A DNA stretch of 64,000 nucleotides from Microcystaceae cyanobacterium (GCA_041746575.1 JBGTGT010000123.1:64001-128000); one strand, 5' to 3'. Positions 1-11,001 are shown, counted from the stretch's first letter. A program made the numbers and translations. The notes: generated by a model not told the origin, from the letters alone.

Positions 1-432
1 GGTTAAATAAACTCCATGTTCACACTTCAAATGACCTAATTCATGGGCAATGACTGCCTGAATCTCTTCTGGGGTTAACATTTCCACCAAAGAGGTATGA
101 AGCACGATAAACGGCTGTTTTCCTTGCATCGCAAAGGTATAAGCGTTAGGGCTGGGGTTTTGCTTCAAATAGAGTTGCGGTGGCTCTAAATCTAAGACTT
201 GACACGCTTCAATGAGCAACTTATGAATATGGGGAAGTTGTTTCTCGCTGATGCGCAAACTTGAAGCAATATTGTCTAAATAAAAAAACTGCTCACCAAT
301 TGAACCTAAGACATTGCGAACCATCAAATCCAATCCGGGCAGTTGTTTCAGGTTGTTGGTGGCTTCTAAATCAAGGGGATGACGAAAATCATTCGCTTTG
401 AGACCTAAAAGAAACGTTTTTGAAAATTGCAT
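1..432 (-). CDS. M48 family Zn metallopeptidase (5' part; runs off the window)
   Basis: Not in the ORF track. Manual translation from ATG at 432 gives MQFSKTFLLGLKANDFRHPLD...PNAYTFAM...QAVIAHELGHLKCEHG, with a HExxH motif. Confidence 0.85.
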   Translation of the reverse strand, partial: MQFSKTFLLGLKANDFRHPLDLEATNNLKQLPGLDLMVRNVLGSIGEQFFYLDNIASSLRISEKQLPHIHKLLIEACQVLDLEPPQLYLKQNPSPNAYTFAMQGKQPFIVLHTSLVEMLTPEEIQAVIAHELGHLKCEHGVYLT

Positions 433-437
433 GGTGT

Positions 438-860
438 TTAGCTTTCTGTTAACCAATTTTTAACCCGTTGCATACTTTTCCAATCGGGTTTGCGACTTAA
501 ACCGTCTTCAACATTTTCCAAGACAGAATCCCGAATTTCCGTATCAAAGGACATTAATTGTTGTACGGCTTCGATATGAGGACGAACCCCTTTTGTATCC
601 GTTTCTAACATGGCTAATACTAAGTTAACCCGCGCCTGTGGTGAACTTTTATCCAGTTTTACACTTTTTTGAGCAAATTTGAGGGCTATTTTGGGTTTGT
701 CTTCTAATAAGTATAACCAAGCTAAACAAGCCCATCCTGTCGCATTTTTGGGAGTGTGATCGCAAATATCTTGAAAAACGGGGATCAAGACGGTGGCATC
801 TTCCCCTGCTTTGTAGCGTTCTAACGCTTGATCAAAAAGGTCAGTAACAACTTCGGTCAT
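438..860 (-). CDS. TPR-repeat protein
   Basis: Helical TPR-like pattern (WACLAWLYL...ALKFAQKSVKLD...ARVNL). Confidence 0.7.
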   Translation of the reverse strand: MTEVVTDLFDQALERYKAGEDATVLIPVFQDICDHTPKNATGWACLAWLYLLEDKPKIALKFAQKSVKLDKSSPQARVNLVLAMLETDTKGVRPHIEAVQQLMSFDTEIRDSVLENVEDGLSRKPDWKSMQRVKNWLTES

Positions 861-932
861 AGTAAAATCAACAAATTAACGAAATTTAGCAAGAGATAGA
901 GGGCATTTCTCTACCTCTTTTAGCGTATCAAG

Positions 933-1298
933 TTAAACGCCAAAGGATTTTCCACAACCACAGGTTTGATTTGCGTTAGGATTGGTAAATTGAAAACCCC
1001 CTCCGATCAAAGCGTCGCTGTAGTCTAACATTAAACCGTAAAGGTACAAAAGACTTTTGCGATCGCAGATGATTTTAAATCCCTCATAGTCGAAAACGTC
1101 ATCATGCTCGGTAACATTATTAATATCATCAAAATCCATCATATAGGACATTCCAGAACAGCCCCCTTGACGGACACCTACCCGCAAGCAAAGATCCTTC
1201 CCTTGTTGCTCTCGGAGTTGCAGAAGATATCTTAAGGCTTTTTCTGAGAGTTGAATCCCTTTAGTGGGGGTTTGGGTTGTTTGGGTCATAACACTCAA
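933..1298 (-). CDS. iscA: Iron-sulfur cluster assembly accessory protein (IscA/HesB family)
   Basis: LRVGVRQGGCSGMSY and C-terminal NPNA..CGCGKSF motifs. Confidence 0.93.
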   Translation of the reverse strand: MSVMTQTTQTPTKGIQLSEKALRYLLQLREQQGKDLCLRVGVRQGGCSGMSYMMDFDDINNVTEHDDVFDYEGFKIICDRKSLLYLYGLMLDYSDALIGGGFQFTNPNANQTCGCGKSFGV

Positions 1299-1410
1299 TC
1301 ATCTCCTACAAGGTTAATGCTTCATCATTCTATGATAACTTGAGTTTAGGTTAAAGGCAGGAGAAAGGCTCAATCGGTAAACCCTTGTTTTTGATGATCA
1401 ACTATCAACT

Positions 1411-2070
1411 ATGAAAAGTCCCTTAGACGTGAGAAATGTTAGCTTTTTTTGGCAAGAAAATAGCCCCATTCTCCAATCTTGTTCCCTCACTGTTCCAATG
1501 GGTGAATTTTGGATGCTATTGGGTAAAAATGGCAGTGGCAAGTCCTCGCTCCTCAGACTACTTGCTGGATTATCGACCCCTCAATCCGGAGAAATTTATC
1601 TCAAAAAACCGTTAGGATTTGTCTTCCAAAATCCCGATCATCAATTGGTGATGCCAACAGTAGGCGCAGATGTGGCGTTTGGCTTGGTTGAAGAAAAATT
1701 AACCTATGAACAAGTCAAAATAAGAGTAAAAGAAGCTTTAAATGCCGTTAATTTAACTGAATTTGAACAAAGACCTATTTATGCCCTCAGTGGCGGTCAA
1801 AAACAACGCATTGCGATTGCAGGGGCGATCGCTCGTCAGTGTGAAGTTTTGTTGCTAGATGAACCGACTGCCTTATTGGATGCCGATACCCAACTGGAAT
1901 TAGTCATGCAAGTTCAGCAACTCGTCAAATCTCGTCAAATGACGGCTTTATGGGTAACTCACCGTCTAGATGAATTAGACTACTGTGACGGGGCATTTTT
2001 ACTGGAATCAGGGCGCATCGTCGCCCAAGGTGACCCCCAAGCGATTAAACAACGCTTACAATCTTCTTAG
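1411..2070 (+). CDS. ECF-type (CbiO/EcfA-like) ABC transporter ATPase
   Basis: Walker A GKNGSGKS, VFQNPDHQ, signature LSGGQKQR, LLLDEPT. Confidence 0.85.
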   Translation: MKSPLDVRNVSFFWQENSPILQSCSLTVPMGEFWMLLGKNGSGKSSLLRLLAGLSTPQSGEIYLKKPLGFVFQNPDHQLVMPTVGADVAFGLVEEKLTYEQVKIRVKEALNAVNLTEFEQRPIYALSGGQKQRIAIAGAIARQCEVLLLDEPTALLDADTQLELVMQVQQLVKSRQMTALWVTHRLDELDYCDGAFLLESGRIVAQGDPQAIKQRLQSS

Positions 2071-2239
2071 TAGTCTCTAGAATTTCATAAGTAGTTTATC
2101 AACCGTCTCATCCTGTTACTAAAACCAATAACGATTGATTAACCTATGTTGCCTAAGATCGCTGCTTGCCTTTGGCCTTCGGCGTAGCGGTATAATAGTT
2201 GGGAATTGAAATGCAAAATGCCTTAATCTCGATAAATCT

Positions 2240-3832
2240 GTGTCCTACGCCATTGACTTTGGAACAAGTAATACCGTTATAACTCGATTAAATCGGGTAA
2301 CCAATCAAGCTGAAATCGTTAAATTGAGCCAATTAAGTCAACAGTTAGGGGAAAACCCTCCTTTAATTCCCAGTCTAGTCTATGTACAACAAGCCCAACA
2401 GGGCAAGGTTTTGCTGGGTCAACAAATTTGCGACCAAGGATTAGACTTAAAAAATGACCCCCGTTTTTTTCAAGGGTTTAAGCGGGGTATTGGCGCACCC
2501 ATTCAAGGTTTTTTACCCGAATTAGATGGTAAATCTCTTAGTTTTGAACAGGTAGGAGAATGGTTCTTACAAACCCTAATTGAACAACTTCGCCAAGATG
2601 CAGAAACCTTAGACTCGTTAATTCTAACCGTTCCAGTCGATAGTTTTGAGGTATATCGTCACTGGTTAGGTCAAATTTGTCAAAAATGGTCAGTTGAACA
2701 ACTTCGTCTTCTCGACGAACCCACTGCCGCCGCTTTGGGATATGAAGAAAACGATAGCAATATTCTATTAGTTATTGATTTTGGGGGAGGGACTATTGAT
2801 TTTTCTTTAGTAAAACTTGATTTAAATCAAAATGGTCAAACTCAAGGCTTTATTGTCAAATGGGGCGAGAAATTGTTTGGTTCAAATTCAGGACAAAAGC
2901 AGAAAACGGCACAGGTTTTAGGGAAAGTTGGCACAAATTTAGGCGGAAGTGATATCGATCATTGGTTAATTGATTATTTCACTGAAATTCAAGGATTAAC
3001 AAAATCTAGCTTAACGACTCGTTTAGCCGAACGGCTCAAAATTAAACTGTCTTCTCAAACGGAAGCAACAGAAGTTTATTTTGATGATCAAACTTTAGAG
3101 AGTTATGAATTAAATCTCAATCAAGAAAAATTTAATAAAATTCTGGAAAACAACGATTTTTTTGGTAAATTAGATGATCTAATGACCCAATTATTGCAAC
3201 AAGGACGACGCAATGGTATCGAGAGTCAGGAGATCGATAAAGTGTTATTAGTCGGTGGCAGTACCCAAATTCCTGCCGTCCAAACATGGATTAAACAATA
3301 CTTTAGCACAGAAAAAATTAAAAGTGAGCGTCCTTTTACGGCTATTGCCCTCGGTGCTTTAAAACTCGCTCAAGGTTTTGAATTAAAAGACTTTCTCTAC
3401 CATAGCTATGGAATTCGTTATTGGGATCGCCGCCAAAATGCCCATCAATGGCATACAATCATTAAAGCTGGGCAACCTTACCCCATGTCAACCCCCTTTG
3501 AATTGGTCATCGGCGCATCTATTGAGCATCAACCCAGCATTGAATTGATTATTGGTGAATTAGGCAGTCAAAGTAGTACAACAGAAGTTTATTTTGATGG
3601 CGATCGCCTTGTCACTCGTTCATTAAAGACGGGAGAGAGCAACGTTAAAGCCTTAAATGATCGAGAAGGTGCAAGAACCATTGCTAACCTGAAACCTTTG
3701 GGAAATCCGGGCAAGGATCGCTTAAAATTACAATTCTGGATCGATGAAGCTTGCTTTTTACGCTTAACCGTTGAAGATTTACTCACGCAAGAAACCCTGA
3801 TGCGTCAGCAAATTGTAACCCAATTAAGTTAA
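2240..3832 (+). CDS. Hsp70-family protein (DnaK-like ATPase domain)
   Basis: AIDFGTSN, DEPTAAAL, DFGGGT and LLVGGST motifs. Confidence 0.88.
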   Translation: MSYAIDFGTSNTVITRLNRVTNQAEIVKLSQLSQQLGENPPLIPSLVYVQQAQQGKVLLGQQICDQGLDLKNDPRFFQGFKRGIGAPIQGFLPELDGKSLSFEQVGEWFLQTLIEQLRQDAETLDSLILTVPVDSFEVYRHWLGQICQKWSVEQLRLLDEPTAAALGYEENDSNILLVIDFGGGTIDFSLVKLDLNQNGQTQGFIVKWGEKLFGSNSGQKQKTAQVLGKVGTNLGGSDIDHWLIDYFTEIQGLTKSSLTTRLAERLKIKLSSQTEATEVYFDDQTLESYELNLNQEKFNKILENNDFFGKLDDLMTQLLQQGRRNGIESQEIDKVLLVGGSTQIPAVQTWIKQYFSTEKIKSERPFTAIALGALKLAQGFELKDFLYHSYGIRYWDRRQNAHQWHTIIKAGQPYPMSTPFELVIGASIEHQPSIELIIGELGSQSSTTEVYFDGDRLVTRSLKTGESNVKALNDREGARTIANLKPLGNPGKDRLKLQFWIDEACFLRLTVEDLLTQETLMRQQIVTQLS

Positions 3833-3989
3833 TATCAACTTGAATTAGGCTATCTATGTTTTAGGCAAAAAAACGGTTGTTCACAAATCTTAATCCTTAA
3901 TTTCCGTAATTTTCCCCTTTGATCTCCCCAGAAAATACTACACCCTTAGATCATGACCCAAAAAAGTTCAAAAACTACGGGGGGAAATA

Positions 3990-4178
3990 ATGATCAGTTT
4001 TACGTTTATCCGCGAACAGCGTCAAGAAAAAGGGTTATCCCAAGAACAATTGGCTACTCAAGCCAATCTTGATCCAGCCTATCTTTCTCGACTCGAACAA
4101 GACCGCCTCGTGTCTCAAGATCCTGATCCCACTGTGGGAATGTTACAGCGATTATACCATATTTTAAATGGTATTTAG
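3990..4178 (+). CDS. Small XRE-family helix-turn-helix protein
   Basis: IREQRQEKGLSQEQLA...YLSRLE...PT..L pattern. Confidence 0.75.
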   Translation: MISFTFIREQRQEKGLSQEQLATQANLDPAYLSRLEQDRLVSQDPDPTVGMLQRLYHILNGI

Positions 4179-4375
4179 CCACGTTTATGCTTTAGTTAAT
4201 AAAATATTCATTTTAAATCCTTTGAACACCAGATTCCTTGTTAATCTCTTCTTTAATCAAAGACTAAAACGAGGGATAGATTCGGGTAAGGGACAGGTTA
4301 ATGGCAAAATTTTCCCATAGATTTAGAGAAGTATGCTAGTATCTGTGTTAAATTAACAAGACTTGTTGAAAACCG

Positions 4376-4873
4376 ATGAGCAAGGTTCTGGTGTTAAACG
4401 CATCCTACGAACCGCTTAACATCACCAGTTGGCGAAGGGCGGTTGTTTTGTTGCTAAAGGGAAAAGCAGAGCAACTCGAACACAACGGAAAAACGATCTA
4501 TACCAATTTTCCGCTTCCTTCTGTGATTCGACTCCGTCAGTATGTGCGAGTCCCCTATAAAGAAATCCCTTTAACTCGTCGCAATATTCTCGAGCGCGAT
4601 CGTCATACTTGTCAATACTGCAACTATCGAGGAGAACAATTAACCCTTGATCACGTGATTCCCCGCTCCCGTGGGGGAGGAGATACATGGGAAAATTTAG
4701 TTGCCGCCTGTGTGCGTTGTAATGTTCACAAAGGCAATCGTACCCCAAAAGAAGCAGAAATGACCCTGAGAACCCAACCCCGTCGTCCTTACAGTAGTCT
4801 TCATTTTGAAATTGTCAAACATACAAGAGGAAATCTCAATCAAGAATGGCGTAAATATGTCATTGGGATCTAA
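4376..4873 (+). CDS. HNH endonuclease (McrA-like)
   Basis: VLVLNASYEPL N-terminus; CQYC...TLDHVIPRSRGG..WENLVAACVRCN..K. Confidence 0.9.
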   Translation: MSKVLVLNASYEPLNITSWRRAVVLLLKGKAEQLEHNGKTIYTNFPLPSVIRLRQYVRVPYKEIPLTRRNILERDRHTCQYCNYRGEQLTLDHVIPRSRGGGDTWENLVAACVRCNVHKGNRTPKEAEMTLRTQPRRPYSSLHFEIVKHTRGNLNQEWRKYVIGI

Positions 4874-4903
4874 ATCTAATAGTCGTTTTGCCTAAGCAGG
4901 CTC

Positions 4904-5683
4904 TTAGAAAAGGGGCAATAAAAATTGGAAAACGATGGATGCAACCCCCTGCATAAGATTCCCTAAATAGACGCCGCTTTTTCCTTCAGCCCTCGCTTGT
5001 TGGAGTGCTTCTATGTTTTTGATAAACGCTTGAGTGGTTTCCAAGCCGCTTTGATCGTTTTGTTCTTCAAATAAGCGAGAAGCCATCTCTGCATTTTGAA
5101 TAGCTCCTTGTTCGTTGCCTAAACGAAAGAATACTAATCCTTTCGCTAAATAAGCGGGTGCATAGTCTGGCTCAAGGAGGAGAGCTTTATTATACTTCTC
5201 TAACGCCGCCTGATAATTCCCTTTTTGGGTTTCCAATAATCCCCAATTGTAGAAAAGTTTAGGGGTTCCTGCCGTTTGGGGAATGCCGACAACTCCTTGC
5301 ATATAAGCTTGATCAAAGCTAGTATCGGTTGCGACTATATTATACAAATATGCGCCTCTTAAGTCTGTTCCGATGAGCATTGCGCCCGTTAGATTTGCCC
5401 CCGTCAAGTTTGCCCCATGTAGGGAAGCCCCACTCAAGTTTGCCCCCTTTAAGTTTGCTCCCGTCAAATTGGCTTGACTGAGATTTGCCCCAACAAGATT
5501 TGCGCCTTCTAGATTAGCCCCTGCTAAATTGACGGTAACGAGGCCAACCCCATCGAGATCACAGTATTGACACTGCTTCGTTGATAGTAATTGGTTTAAA
5601 TGCTCAAGATTTTCCGATAATACAGGGTGATAAGCCGTAAAAATCGATAAAAGCGTTGTCGTTGCCATTAAAATTCTTTTCAT
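4904..5683 (-). CDS. Exported pentapeptide-repeat + TPR protein
   Basis: Signal-like MKRILM..., A(N/S)LxG repeats, C-terminal TPR. Start moved to the ATG at 5683. Confidence 0.85.
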   Translation of the reverse strand: MKRILMATTTLLSIFTAYHPVLSENLEHLNQLLSTKQCQYCDLDGVGLVTVNLAGANLEGANLVGANLSQANLTGANLKGANLSGASLHGANLTGANLTGAMLIGTDLRGAYLYNIVATDTSFDQAYMQGVVGIPQTAGTPKLFYNWGLLETQKGNYQAALEKYNKALLLEPDYAPAYLAKGLVFFRLGNEQGAIQNAEMASRLFEEQNDQSGLETTQAFIKNIEALQQARAEGKSGVYLGNLMQGVASIVFQFLLPLF

Positions 5684-5783
5684 GCGTCCTTCACTCCCGA
5701 TTAACACCATACCTAAAGATTAACCCATCCTTCGTTAAAGATGCTTTTATAATAGTGGAGCTTACATCAATCTTGACTCAATC

Positions 5784-6644
5784 ATGAAACTGGGAAGCCC
5801 ACAGCATAAAGTTCTTTTTTGTCGTCAATTTATTGACTCCCATTTGAGTTACGAACCCGAAAAATTGCCTTGGCCGGACTTAGATGAAGTTTCTTTAGGG
5901 AGATTACGAAGTATTCCCTTTTGGCGACAGGCTTTAATTACAGAAAAAGAGGCTGGCGTCATGGTGAGTCGTTTTGCGGAAACGATTGAAGATCCTTTAA
6001 TTCGAGAAGCGATCGCTTTACAAGGGCAAGAAGAAGAACGTCATGGGCGTTTAATTAACTTTTTAATTAATTATTATCATATTGAAATTAAAGAGCCTGA
6101 ACCTCAAGTTTTTGCCGAAGTTGAAACGGCGTTTATTGAGTTTGGTTTTGAGGAATGTTTAGATTCCTTTTTTGCATTTGGGATGTATGGTATTGCTCAT
6201 CAAGCGCAATATATGCCCGCATCTTTGTTTGCTATTTTTGACCCCATTTTAGATGAAGAAGCGCGTCACATTGTCTTTTTTGTTAATTGGATAACCTACC
6301 GTTTAATTCAAGAAGGTAAGGGGTTTGAGGCTTATCGAAGTCTTTATACTTTTTGGCACTATAGCAAAGCGTTATGGAAATTAGTAGAAGTGTTTGGCAG
6401 CAATAATTCATCGGAAGAAGAGGCAGAATTAGCTTTTACTGCCGTGGGGGCAAGTGGCTTTATGGATAATTTAACGCCCGAATTATTTTTTCAGACCTGT
6501 TTGGCAGAAAATCAGAAGCGAATGAGCAAATTTGAGCGGAGATTATTACAACCGATGTTGTTGCCTCGTTTATCTCAATTGTCATTGCAAGTGCTGAAGT
6601 TGTTTCCGAAACAGCAACCGAAAACTTCAATTCAGCAATTTTAA
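5784..6644 (+). CDS. Ferritin-like di-iron domain protein
   Basis: Two ExxH motifs (EEERH, DEEARH). Confidence 0.7.
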   Translation: MKLGSPQHKVLFCRQFIDSHLSYEPEKLPWPDLDEVSLGRLRSIPFWRQALITEKEAGVMVSRFAETIEDPLIREAIALQGQEEERHGRLINFLINYYHIEIKEPEPQVFAEVETAFIEFGFEECLDSFFAFGMYGIAHQAQYMPASLFAIFDPILDEEARHIVFFVNWITYRLIQEGKGFEAYRSLYTFWHYSKALWKLVEVFGSNNSSEEEAELAFTAVGASGFMDNLTPELFFQTCLAENQKRMSKFERRLLQPMLLPRLSQLSLQVLKLFPKQQPKTSIQQF

Positions 6645-6678
6645 AGTCGTTTATCACACCATATATAGGAAACTTTTT

Positions 6679-7469
6679 ATGAAAACAACTAAACAATTCG
6701 TCAAAAAAATTCCGATTATCGGCAACTTGCTGGTGCCATTTTATAAAAAGTTTTGGAGTCCAAAAAAGTTTTCGGTAGCCTACTGGATAGAAAAGCTCAC
6801 TAAAAATAGAAATCTCAAGATAGTTCAAGTCGGCTCGAACGATGGCAAAACGACTGATCCTCTGTTTACTTCAATTAATAAAAATTTAAGCTGGGAAGTT
6901 CTTTTCGTTGAACCCGTTTCTTATCTATTTGAAAAGCTGAAGACGAACTATTCAGAAGAACCAAGGTTTAAGTTTGAAAATACACTGATCAATGATGGGT
7001 CACCCCAAACTTTTTATTGGGTAAGAGAAGAAGCGATTGAACGTTTTCCCAATTTACCAACTTGTATAATCAGCTAGGATCTTTTGATAAAAAGCATATC
7101 TTAAAACATCTCAAAAATTTTGTTAATCTTGAAAAACTCTCTCCCTTTATTGTTGAAGAAACAATTCAAGGAATGACCCTATCTGAGCTTTTTCAAAAGC
7201 ATAAAATTGAGCAATTAGATATTTTTCATGTCGATACAGAAGGGGCTGATTGGGAAATTTTATCTCAATTAGATTTAGCCAAGTATACTCCTTTGATTAT
7301 CCTTTTTGAGCATCGACATTTGCAAAGTTTTGAAAAAGAATCTGCAATCAATTTCTTAAAAAATAGTTATCACCTATTTCAAATTTCGGGTGATTTTTTA
7401 TGTATCAGAAAACAAAATAACAATTTATCAATTCAGGATCTTATTAGCTTACGAATTTCAGAGCATTAA
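6679..7469 (+). pseudogene. FkbM family methyltransferase split by a 1-nt frameshift
   Basis: ORF 6679-7077 has VQVGSNDG...VEPV; ORF 7062-7469 has HVDTEGADWEIL...FEH. The frames join at about 7063 (act-tg-tat-aat-cag). Confidence 0.8.
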
Positions 7470-7502
7470 TTATCTTAAACTAACTCCATTTCAGGGTTTC
7501 TC

Positions 7503-9938
7503 TTACTTAATATTCGGATAGGCAATTCGTTTATGATGGAACTGTTGCCAAACTTTGGTAAAAACATCAGCAATAATCGGTAATTCTTCAAAAGTGATGC
7601 CACTATCCTTTAATTGTCCATCGCGCCAACGGGCTTTAAAAATCTTTTTAATTAACGCTGAAGCCGCTTCAGGTGTGCCTTCTCGCATAGATCTTAGAGC
7701 CGCTTCACAGCCATCCGCTAACATGACAATTCCTGTTTCTCTACATTGAGGAATTGGACCTGCATACCGAAAGTCATCTTCTAAAACAGGAGCAATTTTT
7801 TCTTGTTCTGCCTGTTGTTTGGCTTGGAAATAAAAATATGATATTAATAATTGTCCTTGATGTTCGGGAATAAAATCTTGAATTTTTTTGGGTAAACCGT
7901 ATTGTTTTGCCATCACTAAACCTTCACTGACGTGCTTTTTGATAATTTCGGTACTCACCCAAGGATCATCAATTTCATCATGTTTATTCGGCCCTCCCAT
8001 TTGATTCTCAATAAAGCCTAACGGATCGTGCATTTTCCCAATATCATGGTAAAGCGTTCCTGCCCTTATTAATTCAACATTACAATTCAATTCTCTCGCC
8101 GCCGCTTCCGCTAAACAAGAAACAAATAACGTATGTTGAAACGTACCGGGGGTTTCGGTCGCTAATCGTTTTAATAACGTGCAGTTTGGATTCGCTAACT
8201 CCACGAGACGAATTGGCGTAACTAAATCAAAAAAGCGTTCTAAATAAGGGGAAAGACCGATGGCTAAGACCGTCCAAACCATCCCTGATACGCCACAAAC
8301 GATCGCTTTCGGCAACAAAAAATACCAAAAGATCCCGCTTCCTCCTGTAACGGCGTTTAAGAGAATATGATAAAGAAAATAGACACCTCCTTGGGTTATT
8401 CCCGTCCCGACTCCTAAAAAAGCCAATTCATCTCTGGATCTTAATCGTCCTGCGATCGCCGCCGCTAAGAGACCACTCGCTGTTCCTGCTAAGAGATAAT
8501 CCCATTGGGGATCTTCAATCGCGAAGGCCGATACTCCCCCTAAAGCTATAACCTGAGTGATTGCAAGGGCAGGACTATAAAAACTACTGGTTAATACGCC
8601 AATCATCGGTAAATTGAGATAACTTTGATTGATGATCGCTAAAATCGGGGTACTGGTACTTAGTAGCCACAATAAGATATGATCCCGACGACGTAAATCT
8701 GCATTCACTCGCCGCGCCACCCAACAAAACGCCCCAATCCCTCCAATCACCAATAAACCCGAAATCCCTAAACCTGTCCCATTAATCTGTCGTTGACTCA
8801 GTTGAAAGCCATCCAACAGGACAAAGGCTTCTTGACTCACCGTTTCTCCGGCTTCGACGATTACCTCTCCTTGGCTAATTTCTACAAAGACGGGTTCAAT
8901 CGCTTCGGATGCTTGCTGGGCAACGAGGTGGGTTGCTTGTTCATCTTTGACTAAATTGGACTCGTTCGCTAAGACTTTGAGCAATAACTCCTTGATAATC
9001 GCTTCAACCGGCTTAGGGAGTTGCTGGTGTAATTGGGAATCAATAATTTCGAGGAGAAGAGAAGGGGGCAGTCCGGCATAGAGTCCTTGGGTTAGCATCC
9101 GATGAACTGCTTCTAGGGTTGCCTGTTGGGTGTTTTGCCATTGACTATCTGTGAGATTAATTAACGCTAAGATATCGGGTTCATCTAAATGGTAAACCGT
9201 TGACATTGGTAAAACGTCTTTGAATTTCTGATATTGCTGTCGAGATTGACGAATTTTATCAATAATCTTTTTTGTATCGGAGGTTTGATTGATTTTTTCG
9301 GTAATTTGCGAAGATAATGTTTTATTAATCTCTTTTGTTGCAGATGATGCTTGAGAAGGGTTGATTTTTTTAAGAATTGCTTGCCATTTTTCTTCAGGAC
9401 ACGTTCTGAGATAGCGTTGGGCTTCTGTACTGAGGAGGGTTTCGTCCAGAAAGGGGAAACTGCCCGCCTGTTGTCGAAATTGTTGAATTTGATCGAGGGT
9501 TTGGGTGACAGTCACTCTTAATTCAATTGTTTTGGTCGGATCTCGCTTTAAAATTGGAATAATATTCGTTTCTACTGCCTTGCGCTTGCTCTCCGTGGTT
9601 TTGGGGTCTTCAAACTGATCGGTTCTAGGCGCAATAATGGTATAGGGCGATTCTGTCCCGACCGTTAATTGAGGTTGATTATAAAAACGATAACCGACTA
9701 GCCCCGTTAGAGAAAAGGCTGCTATTCCTAACATAAGGGGGGGATGGGCATTCAGGAAAGGTTTAGACCGAAAAACTTTCTGATTCAAATCAGAAGCCAG
9801 CTTAAAAGAACAATTTTGCAAATTCTTAAGGGTTTTATTCTCGAATAACAAATGAATCATTCCCGGATGTTGTTTACCGTCGAGCGATGGTTTAAGGGTT
9901 TCTGTTAATTGACGTTGTTTGTTCATATTCATGGTCAA
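7503..9938 (-). CDS. 7TM-HD family phosphohydrolase (PgpH-like, candidate c-di-AMP phosphodiesterase)
   Basis: Large extracytoplasmic domain, multi-TM region, then PGTFQH, YHDIGK, FIENQ, KHVSEG, MLAD..EAA. Confidence 0.85.
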   Translation of the reverse strand: MTMNMNKQRQLTETLKPSLDGKQHPGMIHLLFENKTLKNLQNCSFKLASDLNQKVFRSKPFLNAHPPLMLGIAAFSLTGLVGYRFYNQPQLTVGTESPYTIIAPRTDQFEDPKTTESKRKAVETNIIPILKRDPTKTIELRVTVTQTLDQIQQFRQQAGSFPFLDETLLSTEAQRYLRTCPEEKWQAILKKINPSQASSATKEINKTLSSQITEKINQTSDTKKIIDKIRQSRQQYQKFKDVLPMSTVYHLDEPDILALINLTDSQWQNTQQATLEAVHRMLTQGLYAGLPPSLLLEIIDSQLHQQLPKPVEAIIKELLLKVLANESNLVKDEQATHLVAQQASEAIEPVFVEISQGEVIVEAGETVSQEAFVLLDGFQLSQRQINGTGLGISGLLVIGGIGAFCWVARRVNADLRRRDHILLWLLSTSTPILAIINQSYLNLPMIGVLTSSFYSPALAITQVIALGGVSAFAIEDPQWDYLLAGTASGLLAAAIAGRLRSRDELAFLGVGTGITQGGVYFLYHILLNAVTGGSGIFWYFLLPKAIVCGVSGMVWTVLAIGLSPYLERFFDLVTPIRLVELANPNCTLLKRLATETPGTFQHTLFVSCLAEAAARELNCNVELIRAGTLYHDIGKMHDPLGFIENQMGGPNKHDEIDDPWVSTEIIKKHVSEGLVMAKQYGLPKKIQDFIPEHQGQLLISYFYFQAKQQAEQEKIAPVLEDDFRYAGPIPQCRETGIVMLADGCEAALRSMREGTPEAASALIKKIFKARWRDGQLKDSGITFEELPIIADVFTKVWQQFHHKRIAYPNIK

Positions 9939-10073
9939 TTACCAAGGCTGAATCAGCGATCGCCGTCGATACAGGTTGAGCGAACCGATCAACGCAACGG
10001 CTTGATAGAATGGCTTTTTTGTCTCAACACACCTCAGCAAAATCGAAAAATTGCGTTTCAATGATATCCGTAT

Positions 10074-10994
10074 TTACTCATGCTCTATCTCTATTATCAA
10101 CGATGGTTCAGATTCTGTGTCCTTCAGCCGAGGAAATTTTACATACTCTTGATGGGAGACGAGACGAAGGGAGGGGCGGTCTTGTAGCGTGAGCGGGGAA
10201 ATAATAGATGTCAAAGGGGTAAGATTCCTATCATAATCTAGTTTACCTGTCCATTTATGCCATAAACAATTTATTTTGTGCAATTTTGATGATTGCTGTT
10301 TATTTTGCTCTAGGGAAACCCACCAAGTCCAAGGCATTCCTTGAATGTTACCATAAGCTCCCCCCAAGGCACTGGTTAATCCTAGCGCAATCGGAGATAA
10401 ATTCATGGCAGATAAACGGTTAAGGCTAAGAGCAAGGGCGTCTGGTGTGGCACAAAAAGAGAATAAAGCTAAAAAAATGCTTGTTAATTCCCTATTCTTT
10501 GGAAAAGATGCACTTTTTTGCAGTTGATTGACAGACACTCCCGTTTCTAATCCCCGTTGCACCTCGATCAGAGCATCTTTAAGCGAAAAATAAGGGTGAT
10601 TGGCAACCAGTTGAGTCATTAAAGACGAAGGAGATAATTTTCGTTTTAATGCGGCAGTTATCGCTTCTGTCCAAAGATATAAAGATTCTTTCGTTGTTTG
10701 AGAAAGTTGATAAGTATGGATAATTTCGTCGAGTTGTTGCTGTAAGGTGAATAAATCATCATGGAAATAAACGATTAGTGGCAATAAGAGCAAACAACAT
10801 TGGGCGGGTTTATCTCTGAGAAAAGTCAAAATTTCCTTCTTATTGAGGCACTTTGTCAAATCAAGGCGATTATGAGCCATCAATGTTTCGATAACGATCA
10901 AGGTCTCTTTTTGCCAAAAGGATTGTTCTATACTGAAAGAAGGAGAAATTAAACCCAATCCTCCGATTAAAGCAGCTTGAAACGCATTAACCAT
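10074..10994 (-). CDS. Hypothetical protein, possibly a degenerate ADP-ribosylglycohydrolase fold
   Basis: N-terminal FQAALIG and late LTSALGGAYG..GMP.W resemble the ARH termini; the catalytic TDD/GDTD motifs are not visible. Confidence 0.5.
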   Translation of the reverse strand: MVNAFQAALIGGLGLISPSFSIEQSFWQKETLIVIETLMAHNRLDLTKCLNKKEILTFLRDKPAQCCLLLLPLIVYFHDDLFTLQQQLDEIIHTYQLSQTTKESLYLWTEAITAALKRKLSPSSLMTQLVANHPYFSLKDALIEVQRGLETGVSVNQLQKSASFPKNRELTSIFLALFSFCATPDALALSLNRLSAMNLSPIALGLTSALGGAYGNIQGMPWTWWVSLEQNKQQSSKLHKINCLWHKWTGKLDYDRNLTPLTSIISPLTLQDRPSLRLVSHQEYVKFPRLKDTESEPSLIIEIEHE

Positions 10995-11001
10995 TTTTAG
11001 A

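Noticed and set aside
3990..4873. XRE-HTH plus HNH nuclease as a toxin-antitoxin or defence pair
   Set aside because: They are separated by about 200 bp with room for a separate promoter, and this HNH type is a common stand-alone cyanobacterial gene.
5350..5530. 15/30-bp periodic DNA repeats resembling an array
   Set aside because: Explained by pentapeptide-repeat coding; there are no unique spacers, so it is not CRISPR.
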